In this document: in pieces, positions 60,695 to 64,000 of the stretch
Position numbering within the stretch: position 1 is the first letter of the stretch
How the letters are laid out: each line of letters opens with the position of its first letter
DNA from: an uncultured delta proteobacterium
GTDB taxonomy: Bacteria; Desulfobacterota; Desulfobacteria; Desulfobacterales; QNYZ01
Direction of reading: 5' to 3'
Assembly (NCBI GenBank): GCA_963845145.1
Contig: CAWJQU010000001.1
Location: forward strand, 64,001-128,000
DNA length: 64,000 nt
Made by a program: the position numbers and the translations under genes
Notes under the pieces: model-generated
Seen by the model: only the letters and a program-made list of their open reading frames with translations
Database searches by the model: none
What the model was told of the DNA's origin: nothing

Positions 60695-61612
60695 TTACGC
60701 CCGGCAAGCCGGCGGCGCAAGTGCCGGGCCGCTTTTCATTACCTGCCCGGGTAACGTCGTTCCGAGATATTTTTCCAACAATCGGGCTGCCTCAATCAAC
60801 TTGGACAGATCGATACCCGTCTGAATGCCCATATCTTCCAACATGAACACCACATCTTCGGTGGCCAGATTTCCTGCCGCCCGGGGAACGTTGGGACAAC
60901 CACCGATGCCACCCAGGGCTGTATCAAAGTGCGTAACCCCTACGGTAAGCGCTGCCAACAGATTGGCCATGGCAATACCACGATTGTTATGAAAATGGAG
61001 AATGAGCGTTGTGTCTCCAAACCGTTTTTGAAATGTCTCCACCATATGATGCACCCGGAGTGGTGTGGCCAGACCGACAGTATCGGCCAACATGACGGCT
61101 GCAGCACCGTTTTCTATATAGGCCGAGGCTAGGGACATCACGTCCTTTATCGGAACTGCCCCCTGGTAAGGACAGCCAAACGCCACAGCAATTGCACCGA
61201 TCACCGGAACCCTTTGTTGTTGCACCTTAGAAAAGATGGGGCCCAAATCAGTGAGGGACGCATCGATATTTTGCCGAATATTGGCCTGATTGTGAGCTTC
61301 CGATGCCGACATGACCACGACCAGCTCGTCAACATCCGCGGCCAGCGCCCGCTCGGCCCCCTTTAAGTTGGGTACCATGGCCGCATGGATAACACCCTGG
61401 CGTGGGACGCCGGCCATGACGTCTGCCGCATCTTTTAATTGCGGGATTGCCCGGGGGCTCACAAACGATGTGGTCTCCATGCGCGTAACCCCGGCCGCAA
61501 TCAGGGCTTCAATGACTTTCAGCTTATCCAGGGCGGGAAGCACGCGTTTAAGCGACTGAAACCCATCCCGCGGGCCGACTTCGCGTAGGGTTACTTGAGG
61601 GGGTAGATTCAT
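60695..61612 (-). CDS. Hydroxymethylglutaryl-CoA lyase family protein
   Basis: EVGPRDGFQ, SFVSP, AFGCPY, HFHNNRG, GGCP, GNLATED. Confidence 0.92.
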   Translation of the reverse strand: MNLPPQVTLREVGPRDGFQSLKRVLPALDKLKVIEALIAAGVTRMETTSFVSPRAIPQLKDAADVMAGVPRQGVIHAAMVPNLKGAERALAADVDELVVVMSASEAHNQANIRQNIDASLTDLGPIFSKVQQQRVPVIGAIAVAFGCPYQGAVPIKDVMSLASAYIENGAAAVMLADTVGLATPLRVHHMVETFQKRFGDTTLILHFHNNRGIAMANLLAALTVGVTHFDTALGGIGGCPNVPRAAGNLATEDVVFMLEDMGIQTGIDLSKLIEAARLLEKYLGTTLPGQVMKSGPALAPPACRA

Positions 61613-61709
61613 TTTTGGCCTTCTTTTTAGTACGGCATGAAGCGCAATATATTTGAGTACGATCAGTTTCTTTAGGGTATGATCTTTTTTGAATCGTCAT
61701 TGATTTTTT

Positions 61710-61811
61710 ATCCATTTCGAGACCGCCCGAAATCCCATAATGGATGTGTTTATGTAGGGGCAATCGCAATTATCAACCATGCTTTCTAAATTTTACGTGC
61801 GATTACCCTAG
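61710..61811 (-). repeat. Dispersed palindromic element, copy 3 (family A)
   Basis: Reverse complement matches 12885-12986. Confidence 0.9.
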
Positions 61812-61926
61812 ATTACGAAGCCATCAACATTGACAATCAGACCGGCATCCAGTATTTGCAATGAACGTTCCGGTTCAATTTAAGCGTCAAAACTGGCAGT
61901 AAAATTTACAAAAAAAGAGCACCTGC

Positions 61927-62490
61927 GTGTTTCAAACAATAATCGACAATCACATTCAAACGATTCAGGCCCTGAATACCATCAAGCCGGATATCAAACA
62001 AGCCGCCGATGATATGGTGACGGCGATTCGACAAGGCCACAAAATCATCATTTGCGGTAACGGCGGATCGGCAGCCGACGCTCAGCATTTTGCCGGTGAG
62101 TTGGTCGGCCGGTTTCTAAAGGAACGTCAGGCCTGGCCGGTCCTGGCCCTGGGCGCCAATATCGTAGCGTCCACCGCCATCGCCAATGATTACGGTTTTG
62201 GTGACGGGTTCGCCCGGGAAGTGGAAGGATTTGGCCGGGCCGGAGATGTGTTCGTGGGCATCTCGACTTCAGGCAACTCCAAGAATATTATCCAAGCCGT
62301 AAAAGCCTCTAAAATAAAGGGTATGCAAACGATCGGTCTGCTGGGCAACAATGGTGGAGATCTGCGTGTTCATGTCGATCAGGCCATCATCGTCCCCGCT
62401 TTCGAAACACCCCGAATCCAGGAAGCACATATGCTCATTCTGCATTACCTGGCCGGTTATATTGAAAAAACCCTGACACAGGCAGGCTAA
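61927..62490 (+). CDS. gmhA: D-sedoheptulose-7-phosphate isomerase
   Basis: CGNGGSAADAQH, ISTSGNS, RIQEAH. Confidence 0.95.
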   Translation: MFQTIIDNHIQTIQALNTIKPDIKQAADDMVTAIRQGHKIIICGNGGSAADAQHFAGELVGRFLKERQAWPVLALGANIVASTAIANDYGFGDGFAREVEGFGRAGDVFVGISTSGNSKNIIQAVKASKIKGMQTIGLLGNNGGDLRVHVDQAIIVPAFETPRIQEAHMLILHYLAGYIEKTLTQAG

Positions 62491-62493
62491 CCG

Positions 62494-63978
62494 ATGAAAT
62501 CAACAATCGAGGTGCCTGATTTTTCGCGGGTGGATGTTGTCGTTCTCGGCGATATCATGCTGGATGAATATATTTGGGGGGACGTGGCGCGTATCTCCCC
62601 TGAAGCCCCGGTTCCCGTGGTCAAGGTCGACACAGTCACCTATCGGCTGGGCGGTGCAGGGAATGTCGCCGCCAACCTGGCCGGCCTGGGATGCCGGGTG
62701 ACGTTCGTCGGGGCCGTCAGCAATGATCGCATGGGAAAAAAGATCGGTCGGCTACTCGAACAAAATGGCATTTCCGATCACACTGTTGCCTTTGATAGCC
62801 TTTCAACCATCCGCAAAACCCGTGTCATGGGGGTTGGCCAGCAGTTGGTCCGCATCGATCGGGAAAATCCGGAACAAATTCAAAACAGCCACCACGAACA
62901 GCTTTGGCAGAAATTTTCGGCAACGATTGAAACAGCCGCAAATACCACCTTGGTCATTCTGTCCGACTACGGAAAGGGGGTCTTGCAATCCAACTTAATT
63001 GAAAATTGCATCGCCTTTTGCCGGTCGAATCAGCTTCCGATCTTTGTCGACCCCAAAGCGGAAAATTGGGAACCTTACCGCGGGGCAACATGTGTCACGC
63101 CGAATGAAAAAGAGCTGGCTGCCATCCACCACCGTCTGGGTACCGACACAACATCGGATTCGCTTCAAACAAGGGGCGCAAAAGTCCGGGAGGCTTTCGA
63201 TTTGGACTGGCTCTTGGTAACCCGGGGCGCAAAGGGCATGTGCCTTTTTCAAAAGGAGAAGGACGCTTTGTCAATTCCTTCTAAAGCCCGGGAGGTATTT
63301 GACGTCTCTGGTGCCGGCGACACGGTCATTGCTGTTTTGGCAGCATCCTTTGCCGCCGGGTGCGCCATGCCAATGGCCATGGAACTTGCCAACACCGCCG
63401 CAGAAGTGGCTGTGGGCAAAGTCGGCACACATGCTATTTCACTGGGTGAGCTCCAGCAGGCCCTAAGGTTATTATATGAGGGCCCCCGGCACAAAATATG
63501 TTCCCTGACCCAGGGGACGGATATATCCAACGAATGGCGCGGCCGCCAGGAAAAGATCGTTTTCACCAACGGTTGTTTTGACCTGCTGCACACCGGCCAT
63601 ATTCATCTACTACAATCGGCCGCCAAAGAGGGAGATCGGCTTATCGTCGGCTTAAATACGGATACATCCATTCGAAAGCTCAAGGGCCCTTCCCGGCCCG
63701 TGTTAGCCGAGGAGGATCGGGCGGCAATCCTGGCCGCCCTGGAATGTGTCGACATGGTCGTTCTTTTCGCCGAGCCAACGCCTCTCCAACTCATTGAAAC
63801 AATCCGCCCGGATGTGATCGTCAAAGGTTGCGACTACCGAAAAAATGAAGTGGTGGGCGCCGATTTGGTGGAAAGCTGGGGCGGAAAAGTCGTTTTATTT
63901 CCCCTCGAAGAAGGAAAAAGCACGAGTTCTCTGATTCGAAGTATTGCCAATGGCGAGCAGACAACGGCAGAGCCATGA
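62494..63978 (+). CDS. hldE: Bifunctional heptose-7-P kinase / heptose-1-P adenylyltransferase
   Basis: RISPEAPVPV, DVSGAGDT, FTNGCFDLLHTGH. Confidence 0.96.
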   Translation: MKSTIEVPDFSRVDVVVLGDIMLDEYIWGDVARISPEAPVPVVKVDTVTYRLGGAGNVAANLAGLGCRVTFVGAVSNDRMGKKIGRLLEQNGISDHTVAFDSLSTIRKTRVMGVGQQLVRIDRENPEQIQNSHHEQLWQKFSATIETAANTTLVILSDYGKGVLQSNLIENCIAFCRSNQLPIFVDPKAENWEPYRGATCVTPNEKELAAIHHRLGTDTTSDSLQTRGAKVREAFDLDWLLVTRGAKGMCLFQKEKDALSIPSKAREVFDVSGAGDTVIAVLAASFAAGCAMPMAMELANTAAEVAVGKVGTHAISLGELQQALRLLYEGPRHKICSLTQGTDISNEWRGRQEKIVFTNGCFDLLHTGHIHLLQSAAKEGDRLIVGLNTDTSIRKLKGPSRPVLAEEDRAAILAALECVDMVVLFAEPTPLQLIETIRPDVIVKGCDYRKNEVVGADLVESWGGKVVLFPLEEGKSTSSLIRSIANGEQTTAEP

Positions 63979-64000
63979 CCAAGGCCGCCTTTCTGGATCG
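63975..64000 (+). CDS. gmhB: Start of heptose-1,7-bisphosphate phosphatase (3' truncated by window edge)
   Basis: ATG overlapping the hldE stop, translates MTKAAFLDR; operon context. Confidence 0.6.

Noticed and set aside
61548..61769. 73-aa ORF upstream of the HMG-CoA lyase gene
   Set aside because: Starts inside repeat copy 3 and overlaps the lyase gene; no family features

Overview
Chromosomal window from a bacterium that looks like a Desulfobacterales-type sulfate-reducing deltaproteobacterium (inferred from gene content and repeat style, not confirmed). Bases 1-22.4 kb are mostly housekeeping: ribD-ribE-ribBA-ribH-nusB, mltF, nagZ, tsaD, purM, alaC-hom-thrH and an initiator tRNA-Met. 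Bases 22.6-47 kb are accessory. They hold a PilZ protein, a chemoreceptor, a putative sigma54-driven operon (tandem HD-GYP/PAS/histidine kinase fusion, REC-DUF4388 regulator, ParA, Roadblock/MglB-like protein), and a co-oriented run of short detox/resistance-type genes including a fosX-like gene. Bases 47-60 kb carry an unusual amino-acid cluster: a duplicated-domain KamA radical SAM aminomutase, GlcF/GlcD-like oxidoreductase, LarA-family racemase, polar amino acid ABC transporter, AblB-like acetyltransferase, cytoplasmic M23 protein and a PLP aminotransferase. The window ends in gmhA-hldE-gmhB. Several intergenic hairpin/MITE-like elements are present, one family in three copies. Seven frameshifts in five genes are all net +1, which suggests sequencing error. 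I saw no CRISPR array, rRNA, integrase or transposase. All calls come from recognising motifs by eye; no searches were run.
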